This document shows, in pieces, positions 8,605 to 17,275 of a DNA stretch of 22,729 bases. Source of the DNA: a virus. Its lineage: Duplodnaviria > Heunggongvirae > Uroviricota > Caudoviricetes. How positions within the stretch are numbered: the stretch's first letter is position 1; the number at the start of each line of letters is the position of its first letter. The notes below the pieces were generated by a model. The model made no database searches, was not told the DNA's origin, and saw only the letters and a program-made list of their open reading frames with translations. The stretch lies in IMG/VR virus record IMGVR_UViG_2529293062_000009; one strand, 5' to 3'. Position numbers and translations under genes: made by a program.

Positions 8605-9519
8605 ATGCCATACCAATTGGTAGAGCTTAGCCCCGTAGCTAACGATCTTGAACAGTTAGGAACCAAAGAGAAGTTTTGGTTCTATTTCTCCGATGACACT
8701 GTAAATTTGCAGTTGTTTAAGTACTCTAGGCCAGGTACTGGCGAGCATTGGTCTGAAAAGTGTGCTGCTGAGTTATGTCATTTGCTTAACATTCCACATG
8801 CTAGCTATGATTTGGCGCGATACAATGGTCGATTCGGTGTGGTGACTCAGAATATCATTCCATCTGGTTTCCGGATGGTAATGGGAAATGAAGTGCTTCA
8901 CAGTTCGACATTCGATTATCCTGGGCCTTTACAAGCCGGGGAAAAGCCGGTAAGGGTCAGAGAACACACTGTCACAAGGGTCTTGGGTTGTTTAGATAGG
9001 GAATCTATCAAGCCTCCTCCGAGTGTATATGATCTAACCGGGCTAAATGCAGCAGATGTATTTTGTGGATATTTGATGCTCGATGCACTTGTGAGTAATC
9101 AAGATCGCCACCATGAAAATTGGGCAATCATGCTTAACAATGAAACTGGTGAGCAGTTTTTGTGTCCAACATACGATCATGCCGCTAGTTTAGGAAGGGA
9201 GATGTTAGATGATGAGCGTAACGAACGGCTTAATACTAAAGATAAAAATCGACAAATCCCATGTTTTGTAAGAAAAGCTCGCTCTGAGCTATTCAAAGCA
9301 AAAACTGATAAAAAGCCCTTGCTGACTGTTGAAGCATTTCAACATGCAGTTGAAGGGAGAGTTGCCGCTCGCGACCATTGGTTAGGTAAGTTGAGCGTTT
9401 TAACAGAAGATTCCATTACAGATGTGTTTAACCAAGTGCCTTCATCGTGTATATCCGACAGTGCACGTAGATTTGCAACGTTAATGGTAATGGAAAATCG
9501 CAGAAGGTTACTAGAATGA
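8605..9519 (+). CDS. HipA-like Ser/Thr protein kinase (compact, HipA C-terminal kinase core)
   Basis: 304 aa. Gly-rich loop-like GTKEKFWF (residues 19-26), catalytic DxHxxN as D167-R-H169-H-E-N172 within LVSNQDRHHENWAIM (nt about 9094..9120), downstream CPTYDHAASLG resembling the HipA Mg-binding Asp motif. Stop overlaps the next start (ATGA). Confidence 0.75.
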   Translation: MPYQLVELSPVANDLEQLGTKEKFWFYFSDDTVNLQLFKYSRPGTGEHWSEKCAAELCHLLNIPHASYDLARYNGRFGVVTQNIIPSGFRMVMGNEVLHSSTFDYPGPLQAGEKPVRVREHTVTRVLGCLDRESIKPPPSVYDLTGLNAADVFCGYLMLDALVSNQDRHHENWAIMLNNETGEQFLCPTYDHAASLGREMLDDERNERLNTKDKNRQIPCFVRKARSELFKAKTDKKPLLTVEAFQHAVEGRVAARDHWLGKLSVLTEDSITDVFNQVPSSCISDSARRFATLMVMENRRRLLE

Positions 9520-10256
9520 CTAATACAAACTCCGTTTACGTCGCATGGCAGGCACCAGATACCAGAGACTGGCATGTTGTTGGTAACTTGCAAGAGCGCA
9601 AATCGGGGTATGTTTTCAGGTATACCAAAGGTGCTCTTAAATCTTCTAAATTTACAAAGTTTAGCGGCATGAGTGATGTTCGTGAAACTTATGTATCGGA
9701 AGAATTGTTTCCTCTTTTTAAAAATCGCCTTTTATCACCGAGACGTCCAGAGTATCCGAGTTTCATTAAATGGCTTGGATTTGAAGAAGATAAGGTAAAT
9801 CCTATCGATATTCTTGCTCGCTCGGGAGGCTTACGAAGCACTGATCAGCTGCAGATTTTCAAAAAAATTGATTTTGATTCTGATGGTAACTTTGAGCATT
9901 TTTTCTTCTTACATGGACTTGGTTACTTGAATAGCTTAGCTAATGCTCGTGTATCTGAATTGAAACCGGGGCAAATTTTGCGTCTTTGCTTGGATCTTCA
10001 AAATGAATACGATGGGGATGCTGTTGTCGTTCGTGCAGATAAACCAGCTGAAATCGTTGGTTACTGCCCTAGGTATTTAAGTAATGACATCAAGAAGATG
10101 TTATTGGATGATCCAAAATCAATCACTTTAACGGTCGAAAAGATTAGCGATGATGCTCCTCATAACTATCGGTTATTATGTAAATTATCAGGGGTACTAA
10201 GCCAAGCCTGTCAATCGACGCTGATTCCTCAAGATGAGTTTGAACCTATTGAGTAA
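9516..10256 (+). CDS. HIRAN-motif protein (C-terminal HIRAN-like domain), partner of the HipA-like kinase
   Basis: 246 aa, translationally coupled to the kinase gene. C-terminal LRLCLDLQNEYDGDAVVVRADKPAEIVGYCPRYLSN matches the HIRAN pattern (NPYDxNAIxV...VGYIPR); N-terminal part unassigned. Confidence 0.55.
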   Translation: MTNTNSVYVAWQAPDTRDWHVVGNLQERKSGYVFRYTKGALKSSKFTKFSGMSDVRETYVSEELFPLFKNRLLSPRRPEYPSFIKWLGFEEDKVNPIDILARSGGLRSTDQLQIFKKIDFDSDGNFEHFFFLHGLGYLNSLANARVSELKPGQILRLCLDLQNEYDGDAVVVRADKPAEIVGYCPRYLSNDIKKMLLDDPKSITLTVEKISDDAPHNYRLLCKLSGVLSQACQSTLIPQDEFEPIE

Positions 10257-10263
10257 ATGAAGA

Positions 10264-10290
10264 AAAGCCACCAAACGGTGGCTTTTCTTA
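10264..10290. terminator. Bidirectional rho-independent terminator between the convergent HIRAN gene and portal gene
   Basis: AAAGCCACC-aaac-GGTGGCTTT with A-tract on the left and T-tract on the right; the portal stop codon is at 10291..10293. Confidence 0.65.
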
Positions 10291-11331
10291 TTATGGGGCT
10301 ATATCTAGCGAGTAGGTATCAAACCGTATCGCCTCCTTGCCAAGCCAATCATTCATCTCCTGTAATCGCTTTTGTAGTGGCATTAGCTCATTTCGGACGA
10401 ATACACGGCTTGCCTTCTCCACATCCCCAAACCCCCCAACATTATTCGGCATAATCCCCATCATTTGCGGTGGCACACGGTGCGCTGCCATCATGTCATC
10501 GCGGCTGACATTTTTGATATTCAGAAACTCATCCTTCGCCGCGACTTCTGACAATGGGATGATCTGAAGTCCGTCCTTTTTGCCGTTAGGCGAGTACATA
10601 AACAGATTGCGGAAGTTACCTGGTCCTTTGGCGCTTTTCATCGCGTTACGGAGGTTGTTTACATCCTCCTGGTTCTGCGCGGCGTCGGTCATGTACATGA
10701 TGAAGCCTGCATGACTGCCGTTAATGTAATACTTTCGACGGAACAGCGTGGCGGACTCGTTGAGCAGGGCTGACGGAATGGCAGAAAGATAACCAGGCAG
10801 GCCGTAGATCTCCTGGTTGATGTCCGGTTCCATCAGATGAAAAATGTTGCCTTTCGTGAACTGATACGGCTGTGTAGTCATGCCGTATTGCACAAACCAG
10901 TAGGTATCAAGGTCTAACCCGCGTCGGGTGTATTTTGCCAGTGCAGGCTCAAGGGCGATAACTTCACCGAAGCGGTTCGTGCGTTTCTCCAGGTAGGCGT
11001 TACCAAAAACCAGATAGTCCTGTACAAAACGCGAAAAAGCCTGCTGGCTGAGCAGCGGGTGAGGGATGTAGGTGCTGGTCAGAATGTTGCACTTCACTGC
11101 AATCGGTGAGCTGTGATGCACGGCGGCGCGGAAGGTTCGCGCCAGTCCGTCGAAACTCACAGGCGGCTCGTACCAACGATCCATCTGTACGCATTCCACA
11201 TAGTCCAGCAGTTCGCGGCGGTCCAGAACAGGAACGGGATCACCGAAGCTGAATGCTTCGGCTGAAGTCTGGCTTTTATGCTGGATCTGTTTCGTCGACG
11301 CAGCGCGGTTCTTCTTACTCTTTCCCATCAA
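10291..11331 (-). CDS. Q: Portal protein (P2 gpQ-type)
   Basis: 346 aa, minus strand, directly downstream of the terminase gene and overlapping its stop; size and position as P2 Q (about 344 aa as recalled). Confidence 0.88.
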   Translation of the reverse strand: MMGKSKKNRAASTKQIQHKSQTSAEAFSFGDPVPVLDRRELLDYVECVQMDRWYEPPVSFDGLARTFRAAVHHSSPIAVKCNILTSTYIPHPLLSQQAFSRFVQDYLVFGNAYLEKRTNRFGEVIALEPALAKYTRRGLDLDTYWFVQYGMTTQPYQFTKGNIFHLMEPDINQEIYGLPGYLSAIPSALLNESATLFRRKYYINGSHAGFIMYMTDAAQNQEDVNNLRNAMKSAKGPGNFRNLFMYSPNGKKDGLQIIPLSEVAAKDEFLNIKNVSRDDMMAAHRVPPQMMGIMPNNVGGFGDVEKASRVFVRNELMPLQKRLQEMNDWLGKEAIRFDTYSLDIAP

Positions 11332-13094
11332 AAAATCTCCACAATATTGCTGGTATTGGCGGACTCGCCCTGCAGCGGTTCGTTAAACAGTGCGTGCATT
11401 GTTGCCCAGGCCAGATCGGCATGGCTGGCTTCTTCGCTGCGGCTGGCTTCATAGGTCGGGCGGTTGCCACTGGCAGTGGTAGCGCGACGGATTGCCATAA
11501 ATGACTGCGCAATGTCGGTGTGCCCGGCGTCAAACTCCAGACGGCGGTGGCTGATAATGTCGTAGGCCTTGAGTACCAGGGCGTTTTTAACGTTGGGGTT
11601 ATAGACAAACTCCCTGACGGCAGGAAAAAACGCTTTCACGTTCTCGTAAACCCCGTGACCGACGCCGGTCGAGTCGATACCGATATAGGTCACGTTATAC
11701 TGTTCGGTCAGTTTTTTGATGGCGTCAGCCTGGGCGCGGAAGTCCATCCCGCGCCACTGGTGACGCTCAAGAATGCGGAACTTACCACCCGGCACGGCTG
11801 GCGGAGCCACCACCACGCATCCGGCACTGTCGCCGTTCTGCGTACCTTTTGCCGGGTCATAACCGATCCACACTTCGCGCCAGCCAAACGGGCGCAGGGC
11901 CAGTGCATGAAAGTCGGTCCAGACTTCCCAGCTGTCCACCATGCACGCCTGCAGTTCGCTGAGCGGGAACACGGACGCGAGATCGTCCACGAACTCGCAC
12001 ATCAGCAGGTTCTGGTATTCGTCCGGGCTGTACTCCATGCGCAGCTGGTCGAGGTCGAACAGGTTACAGCCGCCGCGCACCGCATCTTCCACGGTGACTA
12101 TCTGGCGGTATTGCCCGTCTGCGCACAGTAGGCCGGGGGCCAGATTGCTGTGGGACAGGTCGATGTCCACCTTGTCAGCTTTGTTGCGTCCACGGTTGAA
12201 CAGCGCACCGGACCAGAACGGATAAGCACTGTGGGTCAGGCTGGATGGCGTGGAAAAATAGGTTTGTCGCCATTTCTTGTGAATAGCCATACCGGAAGCC
12301 ACTTTGCGCAACTCCTGGAATTTCGGTATCCAGAAATATTCATCCAGATACAGGTTGCCGTGGTAACTCTGCGCCGTGCGGGCATTGGTGCCGAGGAAGT
12401 AAAGCGTGGCCCCGTTAGGAAGCACCATCGGATCGCCTTTCAGCTCCACCTCGACTTCTTTGGCGAAGTCGATGATGTACTGCTTAAAGACGTGAGCCTG
12501 TGCCTTACTGGCAGAAAGGAAAATCTGGTTACGTCCGGTAAGCAGGGCGTCAATCAGGGCTTCACGGGCAAAGTAAAAGGTCGCGCCGATCTGGCGTGAC
12601 TTCAGCAGGTTGCGGATGCGGTTGGTTTTTCCGGCTTCCCACCAGTGGCGCTGGTAGTTGAACATGGAGGAATGGAAGATTTCTTCCAGTTTCTCTATCT
12701 GTTCATCGGTGAAAACATTCTTTTCCGGCTGACGGCGCGGGCCTTTGTTGCGGTTGGCGACGTTAGGGTTTAAGTCGGCTTCGTTGCCGCCATTGTTAAA
12801 CTTGCCGATCCGCGCGTGGCGCTCCGACTGGCGCGCCAGCAGGTCAATTTCTTTGAAATCTTTCCCTTCTTTGTGCTCCTTCATAATGAGCTGGCAGTAA
12901 CGTGCGGCGGTGGTGAGCTGCATCTGATCCAGCGGCCCATAGTCACCCCACTTGTCGCGTTTCTTCCAGCTGTGAACGGTTGCAACTTTCTCGCCCAGCA
13001 TTTCAGCAATGCGGGCTACGCGGTATCCCTGAAAGTACAGCAGCATGGCCTGCCGACGGGGATCGAGATCTGCGGGTGTCAGTGTGGTGTTCAT
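11328..13094 (-). CDS. P: Terminase large (ATPase) subunit (P2 gpP-type)
   Basis: 588 aa, minus strand, divergent from the scaffold/capsid operon as in P2 (P about 590 aa as recalled). Confidence 0.88.
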   Translation of the reverse strand: MNTTLTPADLDPRRQAMLLYFQGYRVARIAEMLGEKVATVHSWKKRDKWGDYGPLDQMQLTTAARYCQLIMKEHKEGKDFKEIDLLARQSERHARIGKFNNGGNEADLNPNVANRNKGPRRQPEKNVFTDEQIEKLEEIFHSSMFNYQRHWWEAGKTNRIRNLLKSRQIGATFYFAREALIDALLTGRNQIFLSASKAQAHVFKQYIIDFAKEVEVELKGDPMVLPNGATLYFLGTNARTAQSYHGNLYLDEYFWIPKFQELRKVASGMAIHKKWRQTYFSTPSSLTHSAYPFWSGALFNRGRNKADKVDIDLSHSNLAPGLLCADGQYRQIVTVEDAVRGGCNLFDLDQLRMEYSPDEYQNLLMCEFVDDLASVFPLSELQACMVDSWEVWTDFHALALRPFGWREVWIGYDPAKGTQNGDSAGCVVVAPPAVPGGKFRILERHQWRGMDFRAQADAIKKLTEQYNVTYIGIDSTGVGHGVYENVKAFFPAVREFVYNPNVKNALVLKAYDIISHRRLEFDAGHTDIAQSFMAIRRATTASGNRPTYEASRSEEASHADLAWATMHALFNEPLQGESANTSNIVEIF

Positions 13095-13140
13095 GGCACA
13101 AACCTACAGCCTTGAATGAAGGCTTTCCCCGCCTGCGGTT

Positions 13141-13158
13141 TGTGTGGTTGTCGGTACA
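13141..13158. promoter_or_regulatory. Late-promoter activator dyad (TGT-N12-ACA; Ogr/B/Delta-type) in the divergent P/O intergenic region
   Basis: TGTgtggttgtcggtACA lies about 80 bp upstream of ATG 13237, in the position of P2 P_O/P_P. Confidence 0.6.
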
Positions 13159-13236
13159 AATACCGCGCATTGTTTCACTGCCCCCATCACCGCAACCATA
13201 AGGCTCCAGTAAGTTATTTCTAACGGAGCACGGCTC

Positions 13237-14070
13237 ATGACAGTGAAAGCAAAGCGTTTTCGCATCGGGGTGGAAGGTGCCACCACCGACGGACGCGAAA
13301 TCCAGCGTGAATGGCTGGAACAGATGGCAGCCAGCTACAACCCGGCGGTGTATACCGCGCTGATTAACCTTGAGCACATCAAGTCTTATCTCCCGGACAG
13401 CACCTTTAACCGTTACGGCAAGGTGACGGCGCTGTTTGCTGAAGAAATCACGGAAGGCCCGCTGGCAGGCAAGATGGCGCTGTATGCCGACGTTGAGCCA
13501 ACGGAGTCCCTGGTGGAATTGGTGAAAAAAGGCCAGAAATTATTCACCTCTATGGAAGTCAGCCCGAAGTTCGCTGATACGGGCAAAGCCTACCTGGTCG
13601 GCCTGGCTGCCACTGATGACCCTGCCAGTTTGGGTACGGAAATGCTGACATTCAGCGCCAGTGCAGCCCATAACCCGCTGGCAAACCGCAAGCAGAATCC
13701 CGCCAATCTCTTTACCGCCGCAGAGGAAACGGTGATCGAACTGGAAGAAATCCAGGAGGACAAACCGTCCCTGTTTGCCCGTGTCACGGCGCTGTTTACC
13801 AAAAAAGAGCAGTCCGACGATGCCCGGTTCTCTGATGTGCATAAGGCCGTGGAGCTGGTCGCCACTGAGCAGCAAAACCTGAGCGCACGCACCGAAAAAT
13901 CCCTGTCTGAGCAGGAAGAACGTCTGTCTGAGCTGGAGACTGCCCTGCAGGCACAGCAGACCGCCTTTAACGAACTGGTGGACAAGCTGAGTCATGAAGA
14001 CAGCCGCCAGGACTACCGCCAGCGTGCAACAGGCGGTAACGCCCCCGCTGACACTCTGACCAATTGCTGA
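13237..14070 (+). CDS. O: Capsid scaffolding protein (P2 gpO-type)
   Basis: 277 aa, first gene of the rightward late operon, SD GGAG upstream; acidic, coiled-coil-like C-terminal half. Confidence 0.85.
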   Translation: MTVKAKRFRIGVEGATTDGREIQREWLEQMAASYNPAVYTALINLEHIKSYLPDSTFNRYGKVTALFAEEITEGPLAGKMALYADVEPTESLVELVKKGQKLFTSMEVSPKFADTGKAYLVGLAATDDPASLGTEMLTFSASAAHNPLANRKQNPANLFTAAEETVIELEEIQEDKPSLFARVTALFTKKEQSDDARFSDVHKAVELVATEQQNLSARTEKSLSEQEERLSELETALQAQQTAFNELVDKLSHEDSRQDYRQRATGGNAPADTLTNC

Positions 14071-14086
14071 TGGAGCACAAAACCCG

Positions 14087-15145
14087 ATGAAGAAGAATAC
14101 CCGCTTTGCTTTTAACGCTTACCTGCAGCAGCTGGCGCGTCTGAACGGTGTGGCAGTTGAAGAACTGTCCAGCAAGTTCACCGTAGAGCCGTCCGTGCAG
14201 CAGACGCTGGAAGACCAGATCCAGCAGTCCGCCTCTTTCCTGACGCTGATTAACGTCACGCCAGTGACTGAGCAGTCTGGTCAGTTGCTGGGGCTGGGTG
14301 TTGGCAGCACCATTGCCGGAACCACTGATACCACCGCGAAAGAGCGAGAACCTGTCGATCCGACGCTGATGGTCGATGTGGAATACAAATGCGAACAGAC
14401 CAACTTTGACACGGTGCTGACCTACGCGAAGCTGGACCTGTGGGCGAAGTTTCAGGATTTCCAGGTGCGTATCCGTAACGCCATCGTGAAACGTCAGGCA
14501 CTGGACCGCATCATGATCGGCTTTAACGGCGTGAAGCGTGCGAAAACCTCCAACCGTAGCGAAAACCCGCTGCTGCAGGATGTGAACAAAGGCTGGCTGC
14601 AGAAAATCCGTGAGGATGCACCGGATCACGTCATGGGCAGCACCACCACGGGCGGTGAAACCACACCGGGCGCGGTGAAAGTCGGGAAAGGTGGCGAATA
14701 TGCCAACCTGGACGCCGTAGTGATGGATGCCGTCAATGAGCTTATCGACGTGGTCTACCAGGACGATGACGATCTGGTGGTGATTTGCGGTCGTGAACTG
14801 CTGTCTGACAAGTATTTCCCGCTGGTCAACAAAGAGCAGGAAAACAGTGAAAAACTGGCTGCCGATATGATCATCAGTCAGAAACGCATGGGTGGTCTGC
14901 AGGCGGTGCGTGCGCCGTTCTTCCCGCCGAATGCGCTGCTGATCACCCGTCTGGATAACCTGTCCATCTACTGGCAGGAAGATACCCGCCGCCGTTCAGT
15001 TATCGACAACCCGAAACGTGACCGGATTGAAAATTTTGAATCCGTTAACGAAGCCTATGTGGTTGAGGACTATCGCTGCGCTGCACTGGTGGAAAACATC
15101 CAGATTGGTGACTTCAGCGCCACCGCAGCAGAAACCGGAGCGTAA
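14087..15145 (+). CDS. N: Major capsid protein (P2 gpN-type)
   Basis: 352 aa, follows the scaffold gene; P2 N is about 357 aa as recalled. Confidence 0.88.
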   Translation: MKKNTRFAFNAYLQQLARLNGVAVEELSSKFTVEPSVQQTLEDQIQQSASFLTLINVTPVTEQSGQLLGLGVGSTIAGTTDTTAKEREPVDPTLMVDVEYKCEQTNFDTVLTYAKLDLWAKFQDFQVRIRNAIVKRQALDRIMIGFNGVKRAKTSNRSENPLLQDVNKGWLQKIREDAPDHVMGSTTTGGETTPGAVKVGKGGEYANLDAVVMDAVNELIDVVYQDDDDLVVICGRELLSDKYFPLVNKEQENSEKLAADMIISQKRMGGLQAVRAPFFPPNALLITRLDNLSIYWQEDTRRRSVIDNPKRDRIENFESVNEAYVVEDYRCAALVENIQIGDFSATAAETGA

Positions 15146-15148
15146 TTC

Positions 15149-15799
15149 ATGAGCCTGAGTCCCGCACGGCAGCATCGCCTGCGCGTTCAGGCTGAACAGG
15201 CCGCTCGCGAGGGTGGCAGTGTTCGCCACGCGTCGGGCTATGACCTGATGCTGCTGCAACTGGCGGAAGACCGCCGCCGTCTCAAGGGCGTTCAGTCCAC
15301 GGTCAAAAAAGCGGAAATCAAGGTGGAGCTGCTGCCGAAATATGCCGCCTGGGCGGAGGGCGTTCTGGCTGCCGGAGGCGCTCAACAGGATGACGTGCTG
15401 ATGTACGTGATGCTGTGGCGCATTGATGCCGGAGATTATGCAGGGGCGCTGGAGATCGGGCGTCATGCCCTGCGTCATGGCTGGGTGATGCCGCTGGGTA
15501 ACCGCAACGTGCAGACCGTGCTGGCAGAGGAAATGGCAGACGCGGCGCAGAGCGCAATGCTTGCCGCCACCGGCTTTGATGCCGATCTGTTGCTGCAGAC
15601 GCTGGAGCTGGCAGACGGTCTGGATATGCCGGACCAGTCACGGGCGCGTCTGCATAAAGCGATTGGCGCTGTCCTGAGTGAAAGCAACCCGGCTTCCGCC
15701 CTTAATCATCTCAACCATGCGTTACAGCTCGATCCTCGCTGTGGCGTGAAAAAAGACAAACAGCAGCTGGAGCGCAGACTGCGCAATGACAGCCGCTGA
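15149..15799 (+). CDS. M: Terminase small (endonuclease) subunit (P2 gpM-type)
   Basis: 216 aa, ATG 15149 with SD GGAG, immediately after the capsid gene as in P2. Confidence 0.8.
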   Translation: MSLSPARQHRLRVQAEQAAREGGSVRHASGYDLMLLQLAEDRRRLKGVQSTVKKAEIKVELLPKYAAWAEGVLAAGGAQQDDVLMYVMLWRIDAGDYAGALEIGRHALRHGWVMPLGNRNVQTVLAEEMADAAQSAMLAATGFDADLLLQTLELADGLDMPDQSRARLHKAIGAVLSESNPASALNHLNHALQLDPRCGVKKDKQQLERRLRNDSR

Positions 15800-15894
15800 C
15801 AGAACGTGCCCCCGCGCACGGGCGGCACGGGGTGGCGAAAGGCACTGCCACATCAAAACCCCGTCCACCGCCCTCTATTTCAGGAGAAAGCAGC

Positions 15895-16359
15895 ATGAAG
15901 TTTGTTGCGCCAGAACAGGCACCGGAACAGGCGGAAATCATCAGGAATACGCCGTTCTGGCCTGATGTGGACCTGTCGGAGTTTCGCAGCGTGATGCGCA
16001 CTGACGGCACGGTGACGCAGCCGCGTTTAAAGCAGGTTGCGCTGTCGGCAATTTCGGAGGTCAACGCAGAGCTGTATGAGTTTCGCAGACGCCAGCAGAT
16101 GCTGGGGTATGCCTCGCTGGCAGAAGTTCCGGCGGAACAGCTGGACGGCAAAAGTGAGCGCATTCAGCACTATTTCAACGCGGTTTACTGCTGGGCACGC
16201 GCCATGCTCAACGAACGATACCAGGACTATGACGCCACGGCGTCCGGTGTGAAGCGGGGCGAGGAACTGGCGGAAGCAAGCGGTGATTTGTGGCGTGACG
16301 CCCGCTGGGCCATCAGCCGGGTGCAGGATGCGCCGCACTGCACAGTGGAGCTTATCTGA
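15895..16359 (+). CDS. L: Head completion/stabilisation protein (P2 gpL-type)
   Basis: ATG 15895 with strong SD AGGAGAAAG; the track ORF extension to 15832 needs a GTG start with no SD. Stop overlaps the X start. Confidence 0.8.
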   Translation: MKFVAPEQAPEQAEIIRNTPFWPDVDLSEFRSVMRTDGTVTQPRLKQVALSAISEVNAELYEFRRRQQMLGYASLAEVPAEQLDGKSERIQHYFNAVYCWARAMLNERYQDYDATASGVKRGEELAEASGDLWRDARWAISRVQDAPHCTVELI

Positions 16360-16562
16360 TGAAAGTGCGTGCGCATCAGTATGACACGGTGGACGCGCTT
16401 TGCTGGCGTCATTACGGGCGCACGCAGGGGGTCACGGAGCAGGTACTGAAGGCAAATCCGGGGCTTGCCGAATACGGCCCCTTTTTACCTCACGGGCTGC
16501 AGGTGGAGCTGCCGGACATTCCGACCACCACCACCGTGCAGACCGTCCAGCTATGGGACTGA
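16359..16562 (+). CDS. X: Tail protein X (P2 gpX-type)
   Basis: 67 aa, the same length as P2 X, in the same position between L and the lysis genes. Confidence 0.8.
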   Translation: MKVRAHQYDTVDALCWRHYGRTQGVTEQVLKANPGLAEYGPFLPHGLQVELPDIPTTTTVQTVQLWD

Positions 16563-16565
16563 ATT

Positions 16566-16781
16566 ATGACGCTTGAGCGAATCAGCGCCTTTATCACGTA
16601 TTGCATCGCCGTCGTGCTGGCCTGGCTGGGCGATTTGTCCATCAAGGATGCCTCAACGCTGGGCGGCCTGATGATTGGTGTACTGATGCTGGCTATCAAC
16701 TGGTACTACAAACACAAATCCTACCAGCTTCTGCGCGACGGGCAGATCTCGCGGGAGGACTATGAATCCATCAATCGTTAA
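16566..16781 (+). CDS. Class II holin, probable pinholin
   Basis: 71 aa with two hydrophobic segments (ISAFITYCIAVVLAWLG, LGGLMIGVLMLAINWYY) and a charged C-terminus; directly upstream of a SAR-type endolysin. Confidence 0.65.
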   Translation: MTLERISAFITYCIAVVLAWLGDLSIKDASTLGGLMIGVLMLAINWYYKHKSYQLLRDGQISREDYESINR

Positions 16782-17274
16782 ACGCTGCCTTGTCGGGGCC
16801 GTGCTGGCTATTGCTGCCACGCTGCCGGGTTTTCAGCAGCTTCACACCTCCGTGGAGGGGCTGAAACTGATTGCTGATTACGAAGGCTGTCGTCTGCAGC
16901 CGTATCAGTGCAGCGCGGGTGTCTGGACCGACGGCATTGGTAATACATCGGGCGTCATTCCCGGCAAAACAATCACGGAACGACAGGCAGCAGAAGGGCT
17001 GATCTCCAACGTGCTGCGTGTGGAGCGGGTACTGGAAAGGTGTGTGAAGCAACTGCCACCACAGAAGGTGTATGACGCTACGGTGTCGTTTGCCTTCAAC
17101 GTGGGGACGGGCAATGCCTGCAGCTCCACGCTGGTGAAATTGCTCAATCAGCGGCGCTGGGCGGATGCGTGCCGACAGTTGCCGCGCTGGGTTTATGTAA
17201 AAGGTGTGTTTAATCAGGGGCTGGATAACCGCCGTGCGCGGGAGATGGCCTGGTGTTTACAGGGAGCAAACTGA
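16762..17274 (+). CDS. SAR endolysin (T4-lysozyme-like muramidase with N-terminal signal-anchor-release domain)
   Basis: 170 aa. N-terminal weakly hydrophobic Gly/Ala-rich segment CLVGAVLAIAATLPG, then catalytic E-D-T arrangement (DYEGCRLQPYQCSAGVWTDGIGNT). SD GGGAGGA upstream. Confidence 0.8.
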   Translation: MNPSIVKRCLVGAVLAIAATLPGFQQLHTSVEGLKLIADYEGCRLQPYQCSAGVWTDGIGNTSGVIPGKTITERQAAEGLISNVLRVERVLERCVKQLPPQKVYDATVSFAFNVGTGNACSSTLVKLLNQRRWADACRQLPRWVYVKGVFNQGLDNRRAREMAWCLQGAN

Positions 17275-17275
17275 A

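Noticed and set aside
11520-12599. Plus-strand ORFs (203 aa, 94 aa, 149 aa) inside the terminase gene
   Set aside because: Antisense to a conserved terminase large-subunit gene; typical spurious ORFs in GC-rich coding sequence.
13108-13124. Short inverted repeat AGCCT-tgaatga-AGGCT next to the terminase start
   Set aside because: Only a 5-bp stem; too weak to call a terminator or operator.
13967-14629. 220-aa minus-strand ORF spanning the scaffold/capsid junction
   Set aside because: Antisense to the O and N genes, whose identities are supported by order and size.
15832-15894. Upstream extension of the head completion ORF
   Set aside because: Requires a GTG start without an SD, whereas ATG 15895 has a strong AGGAGAAAG site.
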